This document shows, piece after piece, positions 54,358 to 64,000 of a DNA stretch of 64,000 bases (its first letter is position 1; every line of letters begins with the position of its first letter). The stretch covers positions 1,486 to 65,485 of the forward strand of contig JAJTGB010000012.1 of the NCBI GenBank assembly GCA_021298995.1. The letters are read 5' to 3'. The notes under the pieces were generated by a model, which was not told the origin of the DNA, did no database searches, and worked only from the letters and a program-made list of their open reading frames with translations. A program made the translations under genes and the position numbers. This DNA comes from Comamonadaceae bacterium. GTDB lineage: Bacteria > Pseudomonadota > Gammaproteobacteria > Burkholderiales > Burkholderiaceae_C.

Positions 54358-56189
54358 GTACGCAATTGAATGTGCAAAATTTGGTGGTCGACCTGCAAAC
54401 TGAGGTGGGCATGGCCCGCGCAGTGGATGCACTCAATCTCACCTTGAGCAAGGGCCAAACCTTTGCGTTGGTGGGAGAGTCGGGTTGCGGCAAGTCCATG
54501 ACGGCTTTGTCCTTGCTTCGACTGTTGCCCGACAACGCCGTGATTCAAAGTGGCCAAGTGCAGTTGAGTGACGTCGATGTTTTTCAGCTGAGTGAAAACC
54601 AAATGCGAAGCATCCGAGGGCGACGCATTTCCATTATTTTTCAAGAACCATCCAGCAGCTTAAACCCTGTGATGACGGTGGGTGATCAAATACTGGAGGT
54701 CATTTTTCAACACACCCAATTGCAGGGTGCGCAAGCTCGTGCGCGGGCGGTAGAGTGGTTTACCAAGGTGGGCTTGCCAGAGCCTGAACGCCGCATGGGC
54801 AGCTATCCCTTCGAAATGTCTGGGGGCCAGTTGCAAAGGGTCATGATTGCCATTGCTTTGGCAGCCGAGCCCGATTTGCTCATTGCCGATGAGCCCACCA
54901 CGGCTTTGGACGTAACCATTCAAGCCCAGATACTCGATTTGCTCAAAAGCCTTCAGCAAGAGCGTGGCATGGCCATGTTGTTGATCACGCACGATTTGGC
55001 AGTCGTGAGTGGCATGGCAGACCAAGTGGCCTTGATGTATGCCGGACAAATTGTGGAGGTGGCTTCCGCGGCCGACTTCTTTGTCAGACCCTCACACCCT
55101 TATGCCAAATTGTTGTTGCAAGCTTTGCCAGGTGAAGATTTGCGAGGCAGGCAGTTGGCTGCCATCCAAGGCACAGTTCCTCCCCTAACGCAAGCATTCA
55201 AGGGGTGCAGATTTGCGCCGCGCTGCCCCTATGAAACAGAAGCATGCACCGACAAAGCAGTTGCCATGTCTGCCTTGTCCGATACGCACCATGTGCGATG
55301 TGTTCGACTTCATGATGCGGGTCTGCAATTCTTGAGCTTGCCACCTCTGCTTGACCGTGCTCAAGCCATGTCAAACGACCACTCAGCCTTGCTTTCTGTC
55401 AAAGACTTGTCCGTTGCATATGCCCTGGGCGGTGGTATTTTTGGAGGCAAAAAAACCTTCCAAGCAGTGAACAAAGTGAGCTTTGAGATTCAGAAAGGCC
55501 AAACTTTAGCCTTGGTAGGCGAGTCTGGTTGCGGCAAAACCACCATTGGCAAGGCACTGCTACAACTGCTCACGCCGCAAACCCAAATTGGCGGCCAAGC
55601 TTTTCTCAATGGCAAAGACTTGTTCACTTTAACGGGCCAAGAGTTGCAAGAGTCTCGTCGTCAGCTGCAAATTATTTTTCAAAATCCCTTTGGTTCCTTG
55701 AACCCTCGCATGCGAGTTTTAGAGATTTTGGAAGAGGGCATGAAGAGCCTGCACCCCGATTGGTCGGCAGATCAAAGACGTGCTGACCTGAAAACCCTCA
55801 TGGACCAGGTGGGGCTGAGGTCTGATGCCTTGGACCGCTATCCCCATGAGTTTTCGGGTGGGCAGCGCCAGAGAATTGCCATTGCACGCGCTTTGGCCGT
55901 CAAGCCCAAACTGATTGTTTGTGATGAGCCCACCTCCGCACTCGATGTGTCTGTTCAGGCCCAGATTTTGAATTTATTGCGTGAACTGCAAGATTCCTTG
56001 GGGGTGAGTTACCTTTTTGTGACGCACAACATTGGTGTGGTGGCCTATTTGGCCGACAAAGTGGCGGTCATGCATGCGGGACAAATTGTTGAAATGGGTG
56101 ATGCTTCTCAAATTTTGAACAATCCTCAAGATTCATACACAAAAACCTTGCTTTCAGCGGTTCCCAAGCTCAATCAGGCCTTGGTGTAA
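54354..56189 (+). CDS. Fused double-domain peptide ABC ATPase
   Basis: Two GESGCGK motifs, GCRFAPRC linker, FSGGQRQR. Confidence 0.94.
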   Translation: MSTQLNVQNLVVDLQTEVGMARAVDALNLTLSKGQTFALVGESGCGKSMTALSLLRLLPDNAVIQSGQVQLSDVDVFQLSENQMRSIRGRRISIIFQEPSSSLNPVMTVGDQILEVIFQHTQLQGAQARARAVEWFTKVGLPEPERRMGSYPFEMSGGQLQRVMIAIALAAEPDLLIADEPTTALDVTIQAQILDLLKSLQQERGMAMLLITHDLAVVSGMADQVALMYAGQIVEVASAADFFVRPSHPYAKLLLQALPGEDLRGRQLAAIQGTVPPLTQAFKGCRFAPRCPYETEACTDKAVAMSALSDTHHVRCVRLHDAGLQFLSLPPLLDRAQAMSNDHSALLSVKDLSVAYALGGGIFGGKKTFQAVNKVSFEIQKGQTLALVGESGCGKTTIGKALLQLLTPQTQIGGQAFLNGKDLFTLTGQELQESRRQLQIIFQNPFGSLNPRMRVLEILEEGMKSLHPDWSADQRRADLKTLMDQVGLRSDALDRYPHEFSGGQRQRIAIARALAVKPKLIVCDEPTSALDVSVQAQILNLLRELQDSLGVSYLFVTHNIGVVAYLADKVAVMHAGQIVEMGDASQILNNPQDSYTKTLLSAVPKLNQALV

Positions 56190-56214
56190 ATGGCGCTTTT
56201 TTCCAACATTTCCT

Positions 56215-56243
56215 TTCCAAATCAAGTATTTATGGATTAGAAT
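56215..56243 (+). promoter_or_regulatory. Sigma70 promoter of the rimP-nusA-infB operon
   Basis: TTCCAA-N17-TAGAAT. Confidence 0.6.
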
Positions 56244-56258
56244 GCGAGCTTCACGACC

Positions 56259-56290
56259 AAACGGGCGGGTTTTCACCGCCCGTTTTTTTT
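56259..56290 (+). terminator. Intrinsic terminator / rimP leader attenuator
   Basis: AAACGGGCGG-GTTTTCA-CCGCCCGTTTTTTTT. Confidence 0.8.
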
Positions 56291-56334
56291 GGTCGATCGA
56301 TTAATGAGCAGGGTTCGTACTAGGTATATCAAGC

Positions 56335-56916
56335 GTGGCATTGCAGCAGATTGTTGAAGAAACCGTGGCCGGTTTGGGCTATGAACTGGTAGAGATTGAA
56401 CGCTCTGCCGGTGGTCTCTTGCGCATCACCATTGATAACCCTTGGCAAGAAGGCATTGATCGGTTTGAAATTCCTTTTGTCACAGTGGAAGACTGTGAAA
56501 AGGTCAATCGTCAGTTGATGTTTGCTTTGGAAGTTGACGGTGTTGAGTACCGCCGCCTGGAAGTGTCATCGCCTGGCATTGATCGTCCGTTAAAAAACGA
56601 ACGCGACTTAGCGCGTTTTGAAGGTGAGCTCATTGACATCACGCTCAAGGCCCCCATGGGAGAGGCCGCAGCAGGTTTGGTCAATGCCACCCGTAAGAAG
56701 TTTCGAGGGACGTTGGAAAAAGCAGAGTCCGGCGAAGGCTGGCAAATTGTTTGGTCCGACGCACCTGAGCCAAAACCAGGCGCACGCGTGAGTAAAAAGC
56801 GTCCGCCTGTGCCACTTCAGGCACTTGGCTTTTCGTTAGATGAATTAAGAGAGGCGCGACTTGCGCCTGTGGTTGATTTCAAGGGCCGCAAGCCCAAAAC
56901 AGACTTAGGAGAGTAA
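56335..56916 (+). CDS. rimP: Ribosome maturation factor
   Basis: [26 protein letters not shown]; upstream of nusA. Confidence 0.95.
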   Translation: MALQQIVEETVAGLGYELVEIERSAGGLLRITIDNPWQEGIDRFEIPFVTVEDCEKVNRQLMFALEVDGVEYRRLEVSSPGIDRPLKNERDLARFEGELIDITLKAPMGEAAAGLVNATRKKFRGTLEKAESGEGWQIVWSDAPEPKPGARVSKKRPPVPLQALGFSLDELREARLAPVVDFKGRKPKTDLGE

Positions 56917-56920
56917 TCAC

Positions 56921-58405
56921 ATGAACCGCGAACTGTTGATGTTGGTCGAAGCCATCTCACGTGAAAAAAATGTTGAACGTGACATCGTTTTTGGCGCTGT
57001 TGAATCTGCATTGGCCCAAGCCACCAAAAAACTCTACGAAGGTGACGTCGATATTCGCGTTGCCATTGATCGCGACAGCGGCAACTACGAAACTTTCCGC
57101 CGTTGGCACGTGGTCCCCGATGAAGCAGGTTTGCAATTGCCCGACCAAGAAATTTTGTTGTTTGAAGCCCTTGAGCAAATTCCAGACATCGAAGTCGATG
57201 AGTACATCGAAGAAGGTGTTGAGTCCTTGCCCATTGGCCGAATTGGCGCGATGGCTGCCAAGCAAGTCATTTTGCAAAAAATTCGGGATGCCGAACGCGA
57301 AATGTTGCTCAACGAATTCATGGCTCGCGGCGAAAAAATCTTGGTGGGTACCGTCAAGCGCATGGACAAGGGCGACATCATTGTGGAGTCTGGCCGTGTA
57401 GAAGGCCGTCTGCGTCGCAGCGAAATGATTCCCAAAGAGAACCTTCGCAATGGCGACCGTGTGCGCGCCATGATCATGGAAGTGGACCTGACATTGCGCG
57501 GTGCGCCCATTATTTTGTCGCGTTCTGCACCTGAGTTCATGATTGAACTTTTCCGTCAAGAAGTGCCCGAAATTGAGCAAGGCTTGCTGGAAATCAAATC
57601 TTGCGCTCGAGACCCCGGTTCACGCGCCAAGATTGCCGTGTTGTCACACGACAAGCGGGTAGACCCCATTGGAACGTGTGTGGGTGTTCGCGGCACTCGG
57701 GTCAACGGTGTCACCACCGAATTGGCCGGTGAACGTGTGGACATCGTGCTTTGGAGTGAAGATCCTGCGCAGTTCGTCATTGGCGCCTTGGCGCCTGCCA
57801 ATGTTCAATCGATTGTGGTTGATGAAGAAAAACACGTCATGGATGTGGTGGTTGACGAAGAAAACTTGGCCATCGCCATTGGCCGTGGTGGTCAAAACGT
57901 GCGCTTGGCTTCCGACCTCACAGGTTGGAAGATCAACATCATGGATGCGGCCGAGTCCGCTCAAAAACAAGCCGAAGAAACCACGGGCATTCGTGCCTTG
58001 TTCATGGAAAAGCTCGACGTCGATCAAGAAATTGCCGACATCCTGATTGAAGAAGGCTTCACCAGCTTGGAAGAAGTGGCTTATGTACCCATCCAAGAAA
58101 TGCTTGAAATTGAAAGCTTCGACGAAGACACGGTCAATGAATTGCGAACACGTGCCAAAGACGCGTTGCTCACCATTGAAATTGCACGTGAAGAAAGCGT
58201 CGAAGACGTATCACAAGACTTGCGCGACCTCGCAGGTTTGACGCCTGAATTGATTGCCAAGCTGGTTGAAGCAGGTATTCACACGCGCGACGACTTGGCC
58301 GATTTGGCCACCGACGAACTCACCGACATCACCGGACAAACCGATGCCGAAGCCACCGCCCTGATCATGACAGCCCGTGAACATTGGTTCACTGGTCAGG
58401 CCTAA
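56921..58405 (+). CDS. nusA: Transcription factor NusA
   Basis: [38 protein letters not shown]1/AR2 tail. Confidence 0.98.
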   Translation: MNRELLMLVEAISREKNVERDIVFGAVESALAQATKKLYEGDVDIRVAIDRDSGNYETFRRWHVVPDEAGLQLPDQEILLFEALEQIPDIEVDEYIEEGVESLPIGRIGAMAAKQVILQKIRDAEREMLLNEFMARGEKILVGTVKRMDKGDIIVESGRVEGRLRRSEMIPKENLRNGDRVRAMIMEVDLTLRGAPIILSRSAPEFMIELFRQEVPEIEQGLLEIKSCARDPGSRAKIAVLSHDKRVDPIGTCVGVRGTRVNGVTTELAGERVDIVLWSEDPAQFVIGALAPANVQSIVVDEEKHVMDVVVDEENLAIAIGRGGQNVRLASDLTGWKINIMDAAESAQKQAEETTGIRALFMEKLDVDQEIADILIEEGFTSLEEVAYVPIQEMLEIESFDEDTVNELRTRAKDALLTIEIAREESVEDVSQDLRDLAGLTPELIAKLVEAGIHTRDDLADLATDELTDITGQTDAEATALIMTAREHWFTGQA

Positions 58406-58429
58406 TCTCAAAGGAGGCTAGAACCCCAT

Positions 58430-61331
58430 ATGTCCAGTAACACTGTCGCAGAGTTCGCAAGCGAACTCAAAAAATCCCCCGATACGCTGATTGAGCAATT
58501 GCGCTCAGCCGGCGTTGAAAAATCAGCAGCGTCAGATCCGCTGTCTGAGTCTGACAAGCAAAAACTTTTAAGTTATTTGCAAACTAGCCATGGCACAGCC
58601 ACAGCGGAACGCAAAAAAATCACCTTGGTGAAAAAATCCACAAGTGAGATCAAGCAAGCGGATGCCACTGGCAAAGCCCGAACCATTCAGGTTGAGGTTC
58701 GTAAAAAGCGAACCTTCATCAAACGCGATGACGAGTTAGAAGCCACTTCTGCGCCTGTTGCAGAAGAGCCCGCAGCACCTCTTATTGACCATGCTGAATT
58801 GGCACGCCGCGAGGAAGAAGCGAGAAGCCAAGCCGAACTCTTGCGCCGTCAAGAAGAAGCATTGGCGGAAAAACGCCGCGAACGTGAAGCCAAAGAGTTG
58901 GTCAAGCGTGAGGAAGCCAAAGCTTCGGAAGCTGCCAATTTGGCGCAAACTGAACAAGCACCTGCAAAATCTGCTGAAGAAATTGCAAGTCAAGCCGCCG
59001 CTGTGCGTTCGGCCAAAGCGGCTGCCGCTCAGCAAGAAGCCGACAGCATCAACGCCGCTTCAAAGCCTGTCGATCCCTCTATTGCGCAGTCTGCAGAAAC
59101 TGAACGAGTCAATGCTGAAAACGCAGTCAAGGCCGAGAAAGTGGCTCAAAAAAGAGCTGCAGAAGTTCAAGCTGAACAAGATGCTCAAGCCATTGTTGAA
59201 GACGAAGCTGCTCGCGAGCTCGATTTAAACAAGCGCCGAAACAAAGCTTTGGCAGAAGCCGAAGCCATTCGCGCCATGATGAGTGGCCCAGCCAAAAAAG
59301 CACCGCCCAAAGAGTTGCCAAAGGCAGATCTCAAAGCGGCCAAGGGCACCTTGCACAAACCAGCGCAAGTGCCTGGTGCTGCCCCCAAGAAAGCGCCTTT
59401 GGTCTCAGAGCCCAAAGAGACTTCACCAGGTGGCAACAAGGAAGTTAAGTCTGCCAAGTTGTCTTCTAGCTGGGCTGGCGATCCAGCCACCAAAAAGAAA
59501 GCCATTCCAACGCGCGGTGACACCAGTGGTGGTGTGGGCCGCAACAACTGGCGCGGTGGTCCCAAAAATCGCCGTGGCAATGACCGCGACCGCGAGGATC
59601 AAGTGCAAGCAGCACCGGCCGAAGCGCGCATCATTGAAGTTCATGTGCCCGAAACCATCACAGTGGCAGAGTTGGCTCACAAAATGGCCATCAAAGCATC
59701 CGAAGTCATCAAGCAGTTGATGAAATTAGGTCAGATGGTCACGATCAATCAGCCTCTGGATCAAGACACCGCCATGATTGTGGTGGAAGAGCTGGGTCAC
59801 AAGGCCGTCATTGCAGCGCTTGATGATCCCGAAGCCTTTACAGACGATGAAGTGTCGCAAAGCGACGCGCCATTGTTGCCACGTGCGCCTGTGGTCACGG
59901 TCATGGGTCACGTTGACCATGGCAAAACTTCATTGTTAGATTACATTCGCCGCGCCAAAGTAGCTTCTGGTGAAGCTGGTGGTATTACCCAACACATTGG
60001 TGCTTATCATGTCGAAACAGCGCGTGGCATGGTGTCTTTCTTGGACACGCCAGGTCACGAGGCTTTCACGGCCATGCGTGCGCGTGGTGCACAAGCCACC
60101 GACATTGTGATTTTGGTGGTGGCAGCCGATGACGGTGTGATGCCGCAAACCAAAGAGGCCATCAAGCACGCCAAGGCTGCCGGTGTTCCCATTGTTGTGG
60201 CCATCAACAAAATCGACAAACCCGATGCCAACCTCGACCGCGTCAAAGGCGAATTGGTTGCCGAAGAAGTGGTGCCCGAAGAGTTTGGTGGCGATTCGCC
60301 ATTCGTGGGTGTCTCCGCCAAAACCGGTGCCGGCATTGATGAATTGTTAGAGCAAGTGCTGCTGCAAGCTGAAGTGCTTGAGCTCAGAGCGCCGGTGAGC
60401 GCCGCTGCCAAAGGCTTGGTCATTGAAGCGCGCTTGGACAAAGGCCGTGGTCCTGTGGCCACGATCCTGGTTCAGTCTGGCACTTTGTCTACGGGTGATG
60501 TGGTGTTGGCAGGTCAAACATTTGGCCGTGTTCGAGCCATGTTGGATGAAAACGGCAAAGCCATTAAAACGGCCGGCCCTTCCATTCCTGTTGAAATTCA
60601 AGGCCTCACAGAGGTGCCTCAAGCCGGTGATGAATTCATGGTGCTCGGCGACGAACGCCGTGCCCGTGAAATTGCCACCTACCGTGCAGGCAAGTTCCGC
60701 AATACCAAACTGGCCAAGCAACAAGCCGCTAAGTTGGAAAACATGTTCAGCGACATGAGCGCTGGCGAAGTGAAAACTTTGCCCATCATTGTCAAAGCCG
60801 ACGTGCAAGGTTCGCAAGAAGCCTTGGCTGCGTCCTTGCTCAAATTGTCAACCGACGAGATCAAAGTTCAATTGGTCTACGCCGCGGTGGGCGGTATTAG
60901 CGAGTCCGACATCAACTTGGCCATTGCGTCCAAGGCAGTGGTCATTGGCTTTAACGTGCGTGCCGATGCCGGTGCGCGCAAACAAGCCGAAGGCAATGGC
61001 GTGAGCATTCATTACTACAACATCATTTATGACGCTGTCGATGAACTCAAAGCCGCTATGTCTGGCATGTTGGCCCCCGAGCAGAAGGAAGAAGTCATTG
61101 GTATGGCCGAAATCCGCACTGTTTTTGTGGCGTCCAAAATTGGTACCGTTGCAGGTTGTATGGTTACCAATGGCCAAGTTACGCGGTCTTCCAAATTCCG
61201 TTTGCTCCGAGACAACGTGGTTATTTACACCGGCGACATCGACTCCCTCAAACGCCTCAAAGACGACGTTCGCGAAGTCAAAGAAGGTTTTGGAATTCTT
61301 TGACGTCAAAGAGATTGCACGTACCTTGTAA
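58430..61331 (+). CDS. infB: Translation initiation factor IF-2, frame disrupted near the 3' end
   Basis: [17 protein letters not shown]; ORF stops at 61303 while the natural tail [13 protein letters not shown] is in another frame ending 61331. Confidence 0.96.
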
Positions 61332-61360
61332 TTTTCCAAAGAACTGCCTCACACGTCATC

Positions 61361-61735
61361 ATGGCCCGCAAACCTACCAGCTCAGCCCATCGCGGATTCC
61401 GCGTTGCCGACCAGATCCAACGCGATCTGTCGGAGCTGATTGCGCGCGAGCTCAAAGATCCCCGTGTGGGCATGGTCACCTTGAATGCCGTTGAAGTCAC
61501 ACCCGACTATGCGCACGCCAAGGTGTTCTTCAGTTTGATCACGGGCAAACCTGAAGAAGCCACCATTGGCTTGAATGCTGCAGCTGGATTTCTTCGAAAT
61601 GGTTTGTTCAAGCGCTTGCAAATTCACACCGTTCCCACGCTTCACTTCATTTTTGATCGCACCACCGAGCGTGCCTCAGACATGAATGCCTTGATTTCCA
61701 AGGCAGTTGCATCACGTTCTAAAGACGAGGCCTAA
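61361..61735 (+). CDS. rbfA: Ribosome-binding factor A
   Basis: [29 protein letters not shown]. Confidence 0.96.
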   Translation: MARKPTSSAHRGFRVADQIQRDLSELIARELKDPRVGMVTLNAVEVTPDYAHAKVFFSLITGKPEEATIGLNAAAGFLRNGLFKRLQIHTVPTLHFIFDRTTERASDMNALISKAVASRSKDEA

Positions 61736-61736
61736 C

Positions 61737-62690
61737 ATGAATGCGCCACGCACCAGGGTGCAACGGCGCCCTGTGCATGGGGTGCTGTTGTTAGACAAGC
61801 CATACGGTATGTCGAGTAACGATGCTTTGCAAAAAGCCAAGTGGTTGTTGCGCGCCGAAAAGGCAGGGCACACAGGCACTTTGGATCCGTTGGCTACTGG
61901 CGTGTTGCCTTTGTGTTTTGGCGCTGCCACCAAATTCAGCCAGTTGCACTTAGATGCCGATAAATCTTACGAAGCCATTGTTGTTTTGGGCGTCCAAACC
62001 AGCACAGGTGATTTGGAGGGTGAAGTGGTTACGGAAAAGCCAGTGAGTTTTACACCTGAACAGTTACAAGTAGTTCAGGCTAAGTTCACAGGTCCGATTG
62101 ATCAGATCCCACCCATGTACAGTGCCCTCAAAAAGGACGGCAAGGCTTTGTACGACTATGCGCGTGCTGGTATTGAAGTTGAGCGTGAGGCTCGTCACAT
62201 TGTGATTCATTCCTTGGCACTGGAAGAAATTGCGCCAGAGAGCGGTCATCGTCGGTTGAAAGTCTCAGTCGCGTGCAGCAAAGGCACCTACATCCGAACA
62301 TTGGGTGAGGACATTGCCATTGCCCTCGGTACTTGCGGACACCTTAGCGCACTGCGTCGCATTCAAACAGGTCCATTTGCTGAAGCCGAATGCCTCAGCA
62401 TTCAAGAATTAGAAGCTTTGCCTGAAGCAGAGCGAGAAATGAAATTGTTGGCCGTCGATGCTTTGCTCGATGGTCATACCCCTGTCACCTTGCCCCCAGA
62501 TGATGCGGGCAGATTCTTAAGCGGCGTGCGACGTCGAGGCGAATGGCCCGACAACTTGCATGTGGCTGTGTACGGCGATTCACCGCGCGCGCTCTTGGGC
62601 ACTGCGCATGTGAAAGCTGGTGAACTTATTCCGGGGCGCTTGTTAAGCCCCCTAGAGATTCAATCAATTTTGGAGAAGGCCTTAGCATGA
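61737..62690 (+). CDS. truB: tRNA pseudouridine 55 synthase
   Basis: GVLLLDKP, GHTGTLDPLATGVL, PPMYSALK, CSKGTYIRTL. Confidence 0.97.
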   Translation: MNAPRTRVQRRPVHGVLLLDKPYGMSSNDALQKAKWLLRAEKAGHTGTLDPLATGVLPLCFGAATKFSQLHLDADKSYEAIVVLGVQTSTGDLEGEVVTEKPVSFTPEQLQVVQAKFTGPIDQIPPMYSALKKDGKALYDYARAGIEVEREARHIVIHSLALEEIAPESGHRRLKVSVACSKGTYIRTLGEDIAIALGTCGHLSALRRIQTGPFAEAECLSIQELEALPEAEREMKLLAVDALLDGHTPVTLPPDDAGRFLSGVRRRGEWPDNLHVAVYGDSPRALLGTAHVKAGELIPGRLLSPLEIQSILEKALA

Positions 62691-64000
62691 GTAAACAAAT
62701 TCGTAACATTGCGATCATCGCCCACGTTGACCACGGTAAAACCACCATGGTTGACCAGTTGCTGCGTCAGTCCGGCACTTTTGCCGAACACGAAAAAGTG
62801 GTCGACACCGTCATGGACAACAATGCGATTGAGCGCGAGCGCGGCATTACCATTTTGGCCAAAAACTGTGCGGTGAGTTGGGAAGGTACGCACATCAACA
62901 TCGTTGACACCCCCGGCCACGCCGACTTTGGCGGTGAAGTCGAGCGCGCTTTGTCCATGGTCGACGGCGTGGTGTTGCTCATTGATGCGCAAGAAGGCCC
63001 CATGCCCCAAACGCGTTTCGTGACAAAAAAAGCTTTGGCCTTGGGCCTTAAGCCCATCGTGGTAGTCAACAAAGTGGACAAGCCAGGTGCCAACCCAGAC
63101 AAAGTGGTGAACCAGGCCTTTGACTTGTTCGATAAATTGGGTGCAACCGACGAGCAGCTTGACTTCCCAGTGGTTTACGCTTCGGGTATCAATGGTTGGA
63201 CCTCTATGGAAGAGGGCGCACCCGGTGAGCAGTGGGGCCCCGACATGTCAGCTCTTTTCAACACGGTGCTCAAGCATGTTCCTCCACAAGCTGGTGATCC
63301 TGATGCGCCATTGCAATTGCAAATTTCAGCGCTCGACTTTTCAACCTTTGTGGGGCGCATTGGCGTAGGCCGTATCAGCCAAGGCACCATCAAACCCATG
63401 ATGGATGTGTTGGTCATGGAAGGACCTGACGGTACTTCCATCAAAGGCCGCGTTAATCAAGTGCTGACCTTCCGTGGTTTGGACCGTGTTCAAGTGACAG
63501 AAGCCGGCCCTGGCGACATTGTGCTCATCAACGGCATTGCCGATTTGAACATTGGTGTCACGGTCACAGATCCAACGAGCCCAGCCCCTTTGCCCATGCT
63601 CAAAATTGATGAGCCCACATTGACCATGAACTTCTGCGTCAACACCAGCCCCTTGGCTGGCCGTGAAGGCAAGTACGTTACCAGCCGTCAAATTTGGGAC
63701 CGCCTGCAAAAAGAGCTACAACACAACGTGGCTTTGCGAGTCAAAGAAACCGACGAAGAAGGTATTTTTGATGTGGCAGGTCGTGGTGAATTGCACCTCA
63801 CCATCTTGTTGGAAAACATGCGCCGTGAAGGCTACGAATTGGCCGTGTCCAAGCCCCGCGTGGTTTACCGCGATGTCAATGGCGAGCGTCATGAGCCCAT
63901 CGAGTTGGTCACTGCTGACATTGAAGAAACACACCAAGGCGGCGTGATGCAAGCTTTGGGTGAGCGCAAAGGTGAGCTCGTGAACATGGAACCCGATGGC
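62687..64000 (+). CDS. typA: Translational GTPase TypA/BipA, partial (runs off the window)
   Basis: My translation from ATG 62687: [53 protein letters not shown]. Confidence 0.96.
   Translation, partial: MSKQIRNIAIIAHVDHGKTTMVDQLLRQSGTFAEHEKVVDTVMDNNAIERERGITILAKNCAVSWEGTHINIVDTPGHADFGGEVERALSMVDGVVLLIDAQEGPMPQTRFVTKKALALGLKPIVVVNKVDKPGANPDKVVNQAFDLFDKLGATDEQLDFPVVYASGINGWTSMEEGAPGEQWGPDMSALFNTVLKHVPPQAGDPDAPLQLQISALDFSTFVGRIGVGRISQGTIKPMMDVLVMEGPDGTSIKGRVNQVLTFRGLDRVQVTEAGPGDIVLINGIADLNIGVTVTDPTSPAPLPMLKIDEPTLTMNFCVNTSPLAGREGKYVTSRQIWDRLQKELQHNVALRVKETDEEGIFDVAGRGELHLTILLENMRREGYELAVSKPRVVYRDVNGERHEPIELVTADIEETHQGGVMQALGERKGELVNMEPDG

Noticed and set aside
61280-61303. Programmed frameshift in infB
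   Set aside because: Conserved residues are missing in all frames, so recoding cannot explain it.

Overview
Core-genome window of a betaproteobacterium, probably a Limnohabitans-like member of the Comamonadaceae (inferred from gene order, protein sequences and roughly 50% GC by eye). It holds three peptide/nickel-type ABC transporter operons, icd, rng, msbA, tolB-pal-cpoB, tcdA, tRNA-Lys(UUU), prmB, dapE/dapC, smc-zipA-ligA-def, cysB, lptFG, pepA-holC, an M3 peptidase, tRNA-Ser(GGA), a basic amino acid decarboxylase, fabI and rimP-nusA-infB-rbfA-truB-typA. I saw no mobile element, CRISPR array or phage gene. The most striking signal is a full-length isocitrate dehydrogenase that keeps its isocitrate/metal/catalytic residues and the Ser113 phosphosite but has lost its NADP-binding motifs, a candidate pseudoenzyme. 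Other leads are a secreted C-type-lectin-fold protein behind an FNR-like palindrome, a doubly membrane-anchored solute-binding protein and a structured intergenic element. Five places look like short deletions (one in essential infB), which most likely are assembly or scaffold-gap artefacts. All family calls come from motif recognition, not from database searches.
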